Shown: positions 23,901 to 37,143, counted from the whole stretch's first letter. The stretch: DNA of 63,579 bases, filler included, from Polymyxa betae A26-41 (GCA_003693705.1; 7 parts of 7 records of this genome joined end to end with filler, not necessarily neighbours in it); one strand, 5' to 3'. The notes: generated from the sequence alone by a model not told the origin. Translations and numbers: made by a program.

Positions 23901-25007
23901 GATAGCTGCGACACCTAATGCAGTTCCATCTCCAACTGTTACTGAGGTCTTTGTCGGTGCTGGTCGAGAGCTCTGGAGACACTCCGAACTTCCTGTCATA
24001 TGGGTTGTTGCTCCGGAATCGATTATCCATGGCTTCGATTGCAGAGGCTTGTCATAACCATTGAAGGAGGCCATAGTTTTATTGTCTTTCTTTGGAGCAG
24101 GGGCAGGGCAGTCCTTGGCGAAGTGTCCCTTGTCTTGGCATCGATGACAGGTAATTTCATCACTTTTCTTCGCCTTTGTTTTCGATCGATTTTGGCGATT
24201 ATTGTGATGATTTTTGGAATTTCGTACAACAAATGCTGGTTCTTGAGAGCTCCCGGTTCCTTTGCTGTTTTTGAATTTTCCATCTCGAGCCTTTTGGTTT
24301 TTGGCGGCAGCCTCTGATGCAAGATATGATACAGCTGTGTCAAGATTCAGATTTTGCTGACGGATATAAGAACTCGCATAGTCATAGTTTTCTGGCAGTC
24401 CAGCCAGAATAACGTATAATACATCCTCATCCGTGCAACTACCTTGAATCTCTTTTATCTCGCGTTGCTTTTGCCTTACCGCATCCAAAAATGCTGCCAT
24501 CGACTTGAAACTTGAAAATCGCATCTGAAAGAGCTCCTGTCGGCGACGAAACCGCTCGTGGCCGGATTTTGCCATAAAATGCGCCTCTAATATATCCCAC
24601 GCTTGCTTGGCGGTATTCAACCCCATTATTTTCATTTTCATCTCTGTGTTAATACATTTTGCTAGCTGGTGCAAAGCTAGTGCATGTCGATGACTCCAAT
24701 CGTTAATAGTATTAGCATTTGATTCGCTCGGAACTGGCTGAAGGTCGGCTCCGGCAATGATGCCCCAACAATTAGCCTCTTGAGCTCCTAACTTAAACTC
24801 CCATGACCATAACGACCAATTGCTTCCATTAAGCAAATCGGACGTGAACTTGTTGCTCGCAGTGCTGGTCGATCCTGACATCGAGTATGCACGTAAACTG
24901 GGCCCATAACCTCCCATAACCTGTTAGATTCGGACGTTAGTTAGGTCAGAGTTTTAGGAAGAAAATTCTCTCTGGATTGTTATAGTAAATTAGGTTGATT
25001 ACTAACA
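20940..25007 (-). mobile_element. Ty1/Copia LTR retrotransposon, degenerate, 3' LTR not found
   Basis: Gag with CHRCQDKGHFAKDC, protease WIIDSGATTHM, WHLRLGHL, integrase, RT (LYVDD), RNase H (DADWAG...KHIDVRHHFIRD...ADLMTK). Frameshifts near 23860, 22190 and 21180. PBS GGTTATGGGCCCAG lies next to a TGTTAG...CTAACA LTR. Confidence 0.95.
24922..25007 (-). repeat. Candidate 86-bp 5' LTR of the Copia element
   Basis: Bounded by inverted TGTTAG/CTAACA and abutting the PBS. Confidence 0.6.
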
Positions 25008-25476
25008 TAAGGCACGCGCCTGATAGTGCACGCGTCTGTTAACAACGATAACCTGTTTCCTGATTTTAAAGTTGAATTCTGTACACACCGCAGTAATCAA
25101 TACTTGAAGCAAGTTAGAGAATCCATTGTCAGCCCTTGTATTGCGCGTAAGAGCAGCATACGTTGTTTTCGAGGAATTGTGCAAAAAAAGTTGAAAAAAG
25201 TTCCACTGGCATAATTCGATTACTGCGTCCATACTGTACGCAGTTTGCGAGGTAAGACCTCTGTAGAACAGCGCCTGGATTTGAGGATTTCACAGCAACA
25301 AACTGACCAAAAGGTATGGTGCCGCCAGCCCTATGACTGAAATATGCGTAAACAAAAGGTAAAAATCATATTTCCAAAACTTGTTGCGAACTGAGTTAGT
25401 TTGCGAGTTTTGCGGAAGTTTTGCGGTTTGTTGTTAGGTTCCTCCTATCTCTTTGTCTAGACATCACTTTCATGGC

Positions 25477-26585
25477 TCAGACGTGGACAAATTCGATCAA
25501 GTCGCCCTTGTGAGAAGCTGTCCGAAAGGCATTTGGGTCGTCCGAATTCAAACCTTCTTTATATTGGTCGACGAGTGCGCTGCTACTCCAGTCAACATCC
25601 CGGGCGAGTAGGCGGAACTGAGTTTCATTTTCGGCAAACGTCGCACAGTTTTTTTGCTTCAAAGCCCGGATAGATCTAACAGAAGAACGGCGACGGTGAG
25701 GATCGTCGAAAGACCCTTTAAGAGTCGAAAGAAATAGTTCTAGATTGTGAAGTACAGGTGAATTTTCCAAAATTCTCGGCACTAACCAATCGGCCGCCAG
25801 GCCGGTCATTAAACTCGTATAAAGACCAATTCGGACTGTATCTGTAGTGAAAAGTTGCTGGTAGATTCTGAGATAATGCTCCACCTGGGCAGACAAGGTT
25901 CGAAACTTCGAAATATCGCCATCAAACGTAGGCGGCCGGGGCAGATCTGGATGTCGAGCCGGCGCCGATTGAGCTAACTTGGGTCGTGAATCTGATGTTG
26001 CAACTGGAGTAATTGTCGGTGAATTGATTCCAACGTTATAGAATCGTCATCGCTACTAGTGAACGTGCGCTGTTGAATCGAGCTAGTTATCGGTGAAGTT
26101 TATTGTCGTGAAATGAGATGTTGTAACTGTTGTAACTGCTGGTGCAGCGAATTTAAGGTTATAGTATTTTCGACAGCGTCGGTATTAGAATTGACAGCAT
26201 TCAGCTCCCGATTAGCTGTTTCTGACGAGACGAAGGGCTCTGAAGGGTCAAGAGTCTGCCCTGATCCAATATCATCCAGATCGTCTCGATCAAACTGTTA
26301 TGAGCCAACTACTACAAGAGTCGAGAAATGGTGGAAAAGAGGAAGGAAAGAGGAAGAAGAGAAGAGAAGAGAAGAAGAGAAGAAGAATATCTAAGAAGAA
26401 GAAGGCGGGAGCGACACAGCAAGTGATGTTGGTACAAACGTTCGTTGATCGGACTGAGGCCTAAGGCTCAGCCCGTCAGAAGCAGTAGTTTATTTTGTAG
26501 TGATGTAATAAATCACAGTAACACGAGATATTTGTGTTACTGAAAAGTTCGAGAACTACTAATTTGTCTTGACGAAGTCATGACA
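25477..26585 (-). mobile_element. Ty3/Gypsy remnant: 5' LTR (26296-26585) plus broken gag
   Basis: Retrotrans_gag-like PPTFDGD...LMTGLAADW...FDDPH...LKQ...FRLLA...W...L..Y..GL; 290-bp LTR bounded by TGTTATGA/TCATGACA. Confidence 0.8.
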
Positions 26586-26679
26586 GCGTGGGCCAAAGAA
26601 CGTGGGCCATAAAAAATTAGACGGCGCATCTTCCAAATACATCTGAATAAAAAGCGTGCAAAAATTAAACAAATGTCAA

Positions 26680-26873
26680 AAACCTCGAATAATAGGCACA
26701 CGCACTTTCGCCAACAAAGGAATTTTAGAACCCTTGAATAGAAGGCATACTTTACGTTACATTAAAGAGCATATGCCTTATCTTCGAGGGATAGACTACC
26801 GTAGGCGAATATGGCAAAAAAATATCCACCCATGAATATAAGGCATATGCCTTATGTGCGGGGGAAAACGGTA
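26680..26873. mobile_element. Probable terminus of a Tc1/pogo-type TIR element
   Basis: Ends ...GGGGGAAAACGG-TA; repeated AAGGCATATGCCTT palindromic subterminal motif; no partner end identified. Confidence 0.4.
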
Positions 26874-29449
26874 GAATCCTTAGATTTTAACCTTTGACCA
26901 ATTCGAAATAAAGCAAAAATCCTGGGCATTTGCAATTCTCCGAAAAACTGCGTACGGACTTTTGGATCCTGAATTGAGCTTTCCATCAAAGTTGGCGGAT
27001 TAAGACAGTGGACACCATAACAACAATAACAGCTCCGCAGCTGTTAGTCCAGGGCTTACTTAAACTGTATTGCACAGAGGGTGGTGTCCTCATCGTTTCT
27101 ACATTATGCTGTCGACGAAAGAGCACGAAGATCGCAGAGGTGAAAGCGAGGCTGAAGGAGTCAATCTCTCAGCATCGATCTTTGCTTGGTTCTTGCCGTC
27201 TTTGCATACCCAGACATGGCCGGATTTATCGATTACGATGCGATGCGTTCTAAGCCGTTCGGCAACATCGATATCCCGGACTGGGAAGACCTGCTCGACC
27301 TGGTCCAGCGCGATGAGACTCGGTTCGCGCACGCCCCACGCTGGTCTGCGGAAGCGGCCGTTCAGGCTAACTGCTGCCTGATCATTCGGGTAATTACGAC
27401 TTTTTTCGAAATGTTGGTTGCCCAGCTCACTCTTGAAGGTATCGTCAGTTGCGTTGCTAATGATGGGGGTGCTCAAATATGCCGGCAGTTTCTTTGTTTT
27501 TTTTTTACAAACTCAACAGCACTGGAAGGGTGGTCGCCTTGTTTAGGCGCACGACAAAAATGCTGAGCATCCTGGTCTGGAGAACAAACACTGGGTATGT
27601 TTTTGAAAACAATAATTTTACCAAATTTTGACTCTATGTTTCTAGTTTTCGCCACCTCTCAACAGCGAATATCGCAAGGAAGTCTCTGGGCGATCTGACG
27701 TGACCAAATTAATTCGTGTTGCCAATCACGCTCTTCCATTTGTTGGAGTGGTGGATCACATTCTCCGTCCAGGTAACCACGTTCATCAAAGAATCATAAT
27801 TAATTCATTAATCAGTACAGGAATGTCTTCACTCCACTCCATACAGATCCAGGTCGTTTTTGGGCGTGTCTGTTTCCAATCCAACTTCCATCTCTGGACC
27901 CGCCACGCTGTTTCAAGATCTGACCGACCCAGTCACTAATGAGGTATCAGAATAATCAGATGAATCCAATTTCAAACGAGCACATTGAGTTCCAAGCTCC
28001 GATCATACTATAACGTCAAAACCAAACTGACCGAACTAGCTCTCTGGTCTGTCGCGAGCAAGGGATGAACCTCAAGGCCCGGGTCTGGCGGCACAATCCG
28101 ATGGGATCCATCACCAAGCTGGTCGAAGAAGCCAAGAAATACCGGGAGATTTGCAAAATCCTTTATAACATTCGGAGCAGTATTTTGAGTCAATTTCCCA
28201 TAATCCACCTCACGCAACAGATCCGTGGTTTCCCGAACTAGTATCTACGAGATCGCATTTCGCTTGTGATCGATTTTATGATGGCAGACAGATCCCAGCT
28301 GGCCCGCATCATTCGTTCTTTAAAGCGCCGATGTCGCTGGAACGCAGAAGTTCCTGTTTACCATTACAAACCTGCAGCCACCCCTGGAGCCTGATGGTTT
28401 TGCAAGTGAGCGTTCATGAATTTTATTCGTAAATTCATCTAAATGATAATTTCACAAGCGAAGGTCTTGGCGGTCCTGACCGGGATTGTAGCTATGCCTA
28501 CGATCGAGAGTTCGCTTCGAGCACGTAAAGAGGCGAAATTCAATCGGGATCTTGCCCTCTACCAGGCAAATATCATCGATAAGGAAGGGTTTATTCGTCG
28601 TACCAGCAAGTGAATTTGCCACATCATATTATCTTCCCTACAAATACAGATTCAATGTTGATACCATCTTCATTTAGAATCTCTAGTTGGTCTTCCATCC
28701 TTTGCAATGTCACTTGTCAAATGGACACATTTAGTGCTCGCATCGCGATGTCGTCGTCGCCGTAGATGATCGCAACGTCGTCCGCCTTCTCGATTAACCT
28801 TGATTCGGCAAGGCCGTCAGTCCTATTTTTTGGGTGCTCCTCGCTGTGTTGACATTGTTGTATCATTTGATGAATGAAATGATTATCCGTGCCTCTAGGG
28901 TTTCCCATTAGGGTTTCATACCCGGACGAAATTGGTTACGCAACACATTCACCGGTCATCGTATTCGCTCGCCTTGTTTATCGTCATATTTGCCCATGTC
29001 GTTTTTTCGCATCGTACTCGATACTTCTCAACGGGTAGTGATATAGTCTTATCTATGTTATATCACCACTGATACTAACTATTCTAATATCATTCCTAAC
29101 AGATACAGGGCAAGATATGTTCTGTTTTCGATTGGCATTAATCAAGATTAGGTAAATTTCTATTCAAATGTAAGTACAGTTTTCAATTCACCGAATTTCG
29201 CTAATATACGTGCTTAGATGATATCCTGAGAGAGATATGCTACAATCTAAACCCCCACCCCATTGCTAATGCCAGCGAAAAAATCCCCCGAACGTCTTTA
29301 TCGCTTCGGCGGTTTCCTCATTGACATCCCTTCATCGCTTCGGCGATCATTCCAAAAAAGGTCTTTGATGACATGGTGCTTCACCTATTATTCCTTCAAA
29401 ACAATATATAATTAAAATTCTCAACTCCCTATCATTGTTCATATTTAGT

Positions 29450-29520
29450 AGTAATGCATAAGCATTAATCAGAGGAGTAATGCATAAGCATTAATCAGAG
29501 TAATAATGCATAAAGCATTA
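29450..29520 (+). repeat. ~26-bp tandem repeat with palindromic TAATGC-ATAA-GCATTA core, 3 copies
   Basis: AGTAATGCATAAGCATTAATCAGAG twice, plus a diverged third copy. Confidence 0.85.
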
Positions 29521-29796
29521 TCCATAGTTCCGGTATCAACCAGCAAAAGGTGAGCCGATAATATATCCCAATATACCAAACCTTTTCTTGGACGGAGCCT
29601 AACATTCCACAATATGGCTAACAGATATCTCTGTCTAAAAAGTGATTAAAAAGCTCCAACTGAAAACCCTTTTAGCATCAGAAAAATTATTCCGCTGTCG
29701 CTGTTCTTACGGTTTGAAATACTTGAAGTCCCGGTATCTGACGACTCTATGGTCTAAATTCAATGTTTTGTTTATATCTTGATCTTATGAACAACG

Positions 29797-31360
29797 ATGT
29801 CGGATGCCCGATCTGAATCGGCCGATGATCAATACATCCGCCTGCAGCTGACGGCGGCGAATATATGCCATCCTGAGAAGACGAATTGTGCTGGGGAAGA
29901 TGCATATGCTATTCGAGATTACGGTGATCGCCAACTATTTGCTGTTGCAGATGGCGGTATGTAAAACTTGATGAAAATTTCTTTGGTTTTTTGGTATTCG
30001 TTTCGAATGTTCTAAAAAGTGCTTTTCTTATGCTATTGCTCAGTTTTCATCAATATATTAAGATGTCTTTATCAGCAATTTCCTGAATCATTAATATTGT
30101 TGCCATGGTTCGCCCTTTTATTGTTTTATTGTTGCTTTGAGTATTGCTTAGTAAGATTGCTGTTTTCCAGAACCGTTTCTTATTGTCCTAATCTTTGATA
30201 GTTTCTGGCTCCAGAAAATTTGGAGATCCAGCTGAATTCTCTCGTTCCTTGCTGCTATACACATTGCACAATCTAGAGTTAGGCATGGCCATTCCCACGG
30301 CCGTTGCTGCTGCTGTGGACCATGCACGTGGGAAGGGAAAGAAAGGTTCCACAACTTTTTTAAGTAAGCCATTTTTTGGTTCGACTTTTTTTTTCTGTTT
30401 TGTCGTCTAAAGCAGTCTATATTTGGCTCAAGCTCGTTTCTAATGCATTCACTCTAATTTATTGGTATCTTGTAGTTGGGCTTCTGGATTCGAATCCGCA
30501 TGAATGTTCTCGCTGCTCGGTGAAGCTGTATAATTTGGGCGATTCAATAGCCATGCTATTCCGTGCCCATAACAATGAGCGATATAAAGTTCTCGCTCAG
30601 ACATTGCCACAAAGTGAAACAAGGTTCGTCCATTTTCTCTTTAAATTTGCTTGTCGAATTCCCGATTAAGTTTTCGCATTCGTTTTGAATCGGATTTACG
30701 ACTTCACTTGGTTCTCAGTTCAATTGGTCAATGGTCCTTCAATTGCAGTAAAGTATGTTCTGTTTCATACTGATGCCTAATTGTTAGAGGTTACTTCCAT
30801 ACACCTTTCCAGTTTCATCACGACTGTGATCATTCTCGTGGTGTTTCCGACATGCAATCGTACGATTGGACCTTAGAGCCTGGGGATGTGCTTGTTGCTG
30901 GCACTGATGGGTTATTCGACTTTCTTGACGTCGAGGTATCTGCCATCGGTTTTGTTTGCGTTTTGTGCTGCTAAGATTATTTTCGATTTCCAGAAAGTCA
31001 TCGCTTCGATTGAACGTTATCGGGATAATTTCGAGAACCTCGCTGATCATCTCGCCAAGCAGGTGCTTCCAGGAACTTTTTCGAGATTGATGCTTTTCGC
31101 AATTAATAATCCTTTGTTCAATTTCGGCTGTCATGCGTTTTTTTCTGCATCTTAGGTCTTAGTTTATTTGAGGGGCCTTTGCTGATATGCTCGGCACTTT
31201 TTTTCTCTCAGTTATTGGTAATTTTTCAATATAGGCTCGATGTGCCCAAAGATGTGAATATCATTTCGACGATATCAGCGTCGTCGTTGCTGTGGCTCAA
31301 AGCTCAGAAAAGGGGGGTTCACCTGGTTTGGCCATCGATAACTTTGGCTCTGTTTCTTAA
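29797..31360 (+). CDS. PTC7/PPTC7-like PP2C protein phosphatase, multi-exon (internal exon boundaries approximate)
   Basis: Motifs in order: HPEK...GEDAY, FAVADG|GT intron, GSTT, NLGDS, GDVLVAGTDGLFD, DDISVVV. Confidence 0.82.
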
Positions 31361-31953
31361 GAAATATATCCCACCGCATTGCTCAGGTCTGCTATTTATA
31401 AACTCGAAACCCAACTGAAACTGGATGCTTTTAAAATTATAACTTTTGTCGTTTCCTCGTATAAAATGTTCCCAGAATTAGCAGATTATAAATTCGTAAG
31501 AACGAGCATCTTGGAATTCTCAGTCGTGAGATTTTGGCGCGCAACCCGACTGAAGCGGCGCAGCCTCCTTCGACAGCTGTGCCCGTGACATCGTTCTGTT
31601 GCCGTTTTCTGTCTCGTCTTCACGAATATCGGTCGACATTGACCAAATAGCCGGCATTGAGCTCGGCCTGTGTCGAAGGCTGTGTCATCAAAAAGCTTTC
31701 GGACGTCGCAGCGATCAAGAACATTTTAATATAAGCATCGCAGCTCTCGCATTTAGATAAAAAATCGCGCCTCCATTATAGAGTAAGGTACATTGTTGGG
31801 CAGATTCTGTGGATCATTCCTACTGTTATCCTTATCGATTGTCATATTATTTTAGTTATTTCTTGTTGTTATACTTTTTTCGTTTCAAAAAGCTTCTATA
31901 GAAGTTGAAATTCTAGTTTAGGAGTTGGCGTGATCTGCCGAACTGAAAAGTAA

Positions 31954-34900
31954 ATGTCAAATAACACTTTCCAAAATATGGATCCGAATTCCGCATCGGT
32001 TGTGGATGACGATCACACTAAATTTCGTGCACGATTCGAGCGCCTTGCAACTTTGAGCTTGCGTTATGACCCGGATTTGCTGCAAGCTTCCCCGGCGTCG
32101 TCGACCACGTCTCGGTCTCCATTCCAGCCAGTTAAGATTCGAACTGATTGGTCCAGGCCCGATCTTGATGAGGAAGGGGATAGCGAATTGAATTCCTCTG
32201 TAAGCTGTAAACAACTTTCTTTGTCACGAAATTCAACCTTGCTTTGTTTGCAATTTCTACCAACTCTTTGATTTACTATCGGTCTGTAATGACCATTTTC
32301 GACTTCCGGAGCCTAGTTTTCTCGGTTCTGTTATCATATCGTCCCTATGCTAATCTCTAATTAATCATGATGACAGGGAATTTACAAGTTCTCTCTGGAA
32401 AATCTAAATGATTCGCAAATTTTGGATACTGGTAGTCTAAAACCAAATTTAGAGCATTTCGAGTCATCACCAGTTCTTAACCCTGTGAATATCGATGTAA
32501 AGCCTTCTCCACCATCTCCGACTGCCTTTGTCTCCTGTAGCAGCGATCATTTGCAAAAATCAAGCGGGTCGAGATTTTCTGATATTCTCAGCTCGTCGAG
32601 TGAGAATGAGTCGGACATGGAGCTGAGCTCAACTTGTGGAGCCATTTTGCTGGAAAGGCTTGAGGGCGAATCTGACCAAACCCAGAATTCTTCTGACACT
32701 GACACGGTTTTTGGCGAGTCTGGCCAATTCGCAAGTACCGAAAGCGAGGAATCTTCAAATTTAGGTTTGCTCCATTTTGCTTTTTTGTAATTGTGCAGTT
32801 TCCGTCATGCTTTCGCTTACTCCAGATTGTTTTTCACCCTATTTGCTAACGTTTTTTGTTAGAATCGAAGCCAGTTGCTATTGATTTCGAACATTGTTCA
32901 GAGATTAATGCAACCTCGTCACATCTCGAATCGGATGTCATTAATACCGCCATGTCGGTTGCTATGGCTGAACCTGAAGTACCAGAAGATGCTATTTTGC
33001 ATTCTTCGCGTCATGACAGCTTGAAGGAATCTGATTCAACTTTTCAACCTGATGAGCAAACGGCCATATTAGAACCTGAGAATGCTATCGATTATGTCAA
33101 TGCAACTCCTACCCAGCGTATTCATATTCGGTCAGCTGAAGGGACTCCTGCGCGTGCTCTCTTCCCAGACAAGACCCGTTCAGCTGAAGGTACTCCCATA
33201 AAAGTACATCCTTTAATCGCCAGTGGGGCTCCGGTTTCCGCTTCGCTGCATATCGAGGGAACTCCTAGCAGGCGTCATCGTGCTATCGACCAAGTACAGT
33301 CTGAGGTAATCTTCCGCATTAGACAATTTTTTATCGTCTCTGCTTTTGCTTATATACGTTTTAGGTCCCAGAACTCGTATTGCGTCTCAACTCTAAGCAT
33401 GATGATTGGACCCGTCGAATAGATGCTTTGAAACGCATCAGTCGATTCACGACATTTAACATGTCCCCTTCTGCATTGGCTGAAGCCTGTCTTCCGCTTC
33501 TTGATCCTATAGCACTTCAGCTTCAAGATCTTCGCTCTCAGGTACGAAATTATTCTTATTGTGATTGATTTACTTTAACAAATTTCTACTGTAGATTGTT
33601 AAACAAGCTTGCATTACCATTGGAGATTTGTCGGAATGTCTTGGCTTCCAATTTCACCTCTATGCAAGGCGCTTATTCCCACGACTTCTTGACTTGCTTC
33701 GCATTGCTAAAAAGGTCAGCTATGTGTTTGTCAATGTTCTTCAGGTGTTTTGATCAATATTATTTCGTTCATTATCGCTTATCGTTGCTCAGATTCTTTG
33801 CCTTAGGTTATGTCTTCCGCAGGTGATGAGTGCATGCGCCGAATTATCACTCACTCTCACGTTGATGCTATTGAAATTATCATCCAAGAATCAGCTAGCA
33901 ACAAATCGCCTATTGTTCGATGCCGCTGTGTTGAACTTATTATTTTGGCATTGCAAACGTGGAATGTCATTCAGCTTGCATCTTATGAGACATCAATCGG
34001 ATTGCTGTTCAGTAAGGTAACCGCCTAAAGCGATGCCTTTATTTCTATCGTGTTTGACCTCTGCCAAGATTTGCAGCGATTCTACCAAAGATGTTAGAAC
34101 AGCTGGAAAACGCATGTTTGCTGAATTCGCTCGAATATGGCGTGATGACTCTCAAGATCTGTTCAAAGCATTAGACCAAAAGTTGCAAAAAGCTATTCTA
34201 ACAGATCACCCTCAGCTACAGGAGGTAGTCGCATTTTGTGATGAACAATTCGTTAGAAGCGATTTCGACAAAAGCGAAGTAAGATCATAATTTTTTTACT
34301 CGCTTCGTTTGGGCCTTTGACCTTTCCATCTTGTGAGCATACTTTCTAGTTGTACTGCTGTATTTTGCTTTCGCTGTGTAATTGATTTATCTTTAGCCGA
34401 GCACGCCAGTGCGTTTAAGTCTGTCTGAGGTAAAAGCCAAGATACGGCGAGAAAGTATTGCTCGCTGTCCAAATGCTAACGAAGTCGTTATTGTTCAAAA
34501 AGCACAAACCCCTGTTGCTGATTCCTCGCTTCCCATAAGTAGCTCCTCAGCGCCTTATGCAGAACCTCCCAAAACGCCAGTTCGGTCCAATGGTAGTCAA
34601 GCGGATAGCTCTTTGGCTCCGGAGTCTCAAAATCGTTTTGTGCATCCACCTAGGTCGGTTTGTAGCTGACTCTGCTTCTTTCGTCAATATTTTTTTCTCT
34701 AGGTCTCCGTCGTTGAGCTTCAAATTTGATCAATCGCTCCCATCCATTCAACATGAACGCGGTCTTCTTGCTCCCGCCTTATCGCCCATTCCCCCGGAAT
34801 TCCTCGAAGGGTTCCCTGTACCTGTCCCCTTGCGAGACTTGATCGCGCCTGAGCGGCGGCCGATAATGCCTGAGCCTAGTCCTCTTGTCAAACATTCCTC

Positions 34901-37143
34901 TCGTCGGTAATTGACCGTATTATCTACTTAAATATCGATCTGACCTCGTTTAGGTTCACCAGTCGTGTTGTCGATACTCCTGTAAACGGAAGATTCGATG
35001 AAGGCGATAATGACGATGATTCTTCTTCGAGTACATCGAGCTGCTCTACTGTTGATCAGTCTCTCGATGAGGCTGATGACAACGGCGAAGTTTCTGTGTC
35101 TTCTTCTATAGCAGCCGAATCAGTAGATGTACTTGCTAGAGAAACTGCCCCATGTTTGTCTTCGGATTCGGATCTTGACAGAAGTATAATTTTCTGTTCG
35201 CCTTTCCCATCTATTAACTGTTTTTTCTTTCAGAAAAAGAGGAAATGCTGATCTTGGAGAACAAGCTTCAGTATTTAAGGACGATGGCTACCTCTGTGTT
35301 CGACGAAGGTGATTCTCCAGTTCGCACTATCGAAATTCATCACGACCTGACATCGTCCTCCAAGTTCGTATTTTTTAAATCGGTCTCAATTAATTGACTT
35401 GCTAATTTTGTGAAATGCTTTAGGGTCGCCGCTTTTTGTCCCAATCAGATGAAGGAAATGTAGGATCCCAGATCCTCGTCTTGTATTTTTTATTGACTTC
35501 TTTCAGCGACTCGCCCGTTGATATGCCGACCACCCCAGCCACTCAAGTTCTTTCCTCTGAGAGGTACCTTGCCTTCTTTTTGTTTTTCATCTCAACTCTT
35601 GCACAGAAGCGAATTAAACTGCGATTCCATTTTAAAAGTCGGGAGCTATTCTTTTGAAGCGTCCAAGTCGCCGAAAGATGTTTTGAGTGCTGTTCTCTCA
35701 ACGCCTCCTTCCGAGCGTGTATTCAGATCGCCCGATAAGACTCCATTACCTCCTCCGTCTGATCTGAGAATGCATTCTGCTCCTAGCCATCGTGATAATG
35801 ATGAACAGGAAAATAATTCGATTCTGCGATCCATTTTTTTCACTCTATTGTCTTTGATCGTCTTCGCTCTTTTGTTCCATGGGCTTCCCGCTTTCCTTAA
35901 ACCTGGCTCGGATGATTTGGTATCACGGACGAGGCTTCATTTCCCGATCATCCATCCGCAATCCGGACCGCCGTCTGAAACTCATCAGAAAATTGACATT
36001 CCTGTTCGCGACTCTGCTCAGCGTTCACAAAAATTTGCGGAATCTGTGGAGTAACTGCTACATTTTTATTCCCATTTTCCAGATTACTGACTTTCTTCAT
36101 TATTAGATCCAGTGATGTCCCTAAACAAGTGAATTCTGTAAACGACCTCATCTCCAGCGGCATCGTTGAATCAGAAGATACCGAAAAGATTCTTCAGGAC
36201 CAGCCCACTTTGGATCCACAGTCAAATGTCAATATTCAGGTCGCTCCAACAGAGCAATCTGAAACTAGTTATTCTGAGGACTCTGGCTCTGTCGTTTTCA
36301 TTAATTCGGATATTCCAAGTGCTTCTATTTCTGAGCCTTATGATTCTGCTGAATCACCTCCGTCGTTTGAAGAAGTGGCTGCTTTTGTTGAAGAGCCACT
36401 TATCTCCGAAGATGCCTCGATCATTTCCGACGATGCTGAACTCGGTCGGGCGTTTAAGGTCGAATTTGTTGACTTCGTCGACTTCGAAAGCAACTCCACG
36501 GTTGCAATGGTGTCCACTCCAGTTAATACTGATGTCGCTCTCGGCAATTCCACCGAGACTGATTCTCTTAATGATTTGACATTGCTCGATCATGAACAAT
36601 CTGACAGTTTCGGCTCGCAATCTGACAGTAAGTTTTCCTATCTAATTTTATTGTTTACTCTGGTTCTGGGTTTGTATAATATTTCTTCTTCCTTATTTAT
36701 TCTCTGTAGGATCCTCTGATAGTGGCATTCCATTAACACCGAAACTTGCTTGGCTCTACTCTCTAATCGTCGCTGCTGTCTGTTGGCTCACTTACAGAAT
36801 TCGAACTGTTCCGGTTCGCGCTCATACTTTCGAACGTGATCCAGACTTCGACCTAACTGGTGTTACTACCACACCCGAATGGGATATCAATCTCGATTCT
36901 GTGCTACCCTCGGGGCCGTCTCCGTTACCCCAGCCTGGTGGTACTGATTTCCAGAAATGGACTCACATAAAAAAGGTAAATCGATTTCTTACTATTTCCT
37001 CGCCACTGCTGCTGTTATTTTATCTCTTCAATACGACAGTATTCGTCTAAACAGTATCATAGGATGGGACCAGCATGACTCTGTTCTCGCCTCTTCGGCG
37101 AACTCTTCGTATCAGGCGGCCTCGGCGTCCAACTCAGTTTTGA
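31954..37143 (+). CDS. Large multi-exon protein: low-complexity N-terminus, CLASP_N/TOG HEAT domain, two predicted TM helices
   Basis: DDWTRRIDALKRI...QDLRSQ|IVKQAC...AKK|VMSSAGDECMR...SPIVRCRC...DSTKDVRTAGK is CLASP_N-like. Splice phases checked by hand from 33306 to 36975 are all compatible. TM segments SIFFTLLSLIVFALLFHGL and LAWLYSLIVAAVCWLTY. First exons and last acceptor are less certain. Confidence 0.78.

Noticed and set aside
26113-26403. Lys/Glu-rich ORF and (GAA)n tract
   Set aside because: Translation of the purine-rich strand of a Gypsy LTR.
27000-28700. Fragmentary ORFs that might be a decayed Crinkler-like or TE gene
   Set aside because: No motif could be recognised with confidence.
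29450-29520. Possible CRISPR-like palindromic repeats (also 7082-7185)
   Set aside because: No unique spacers of suitable length, no cas genes, eukaryotic context.
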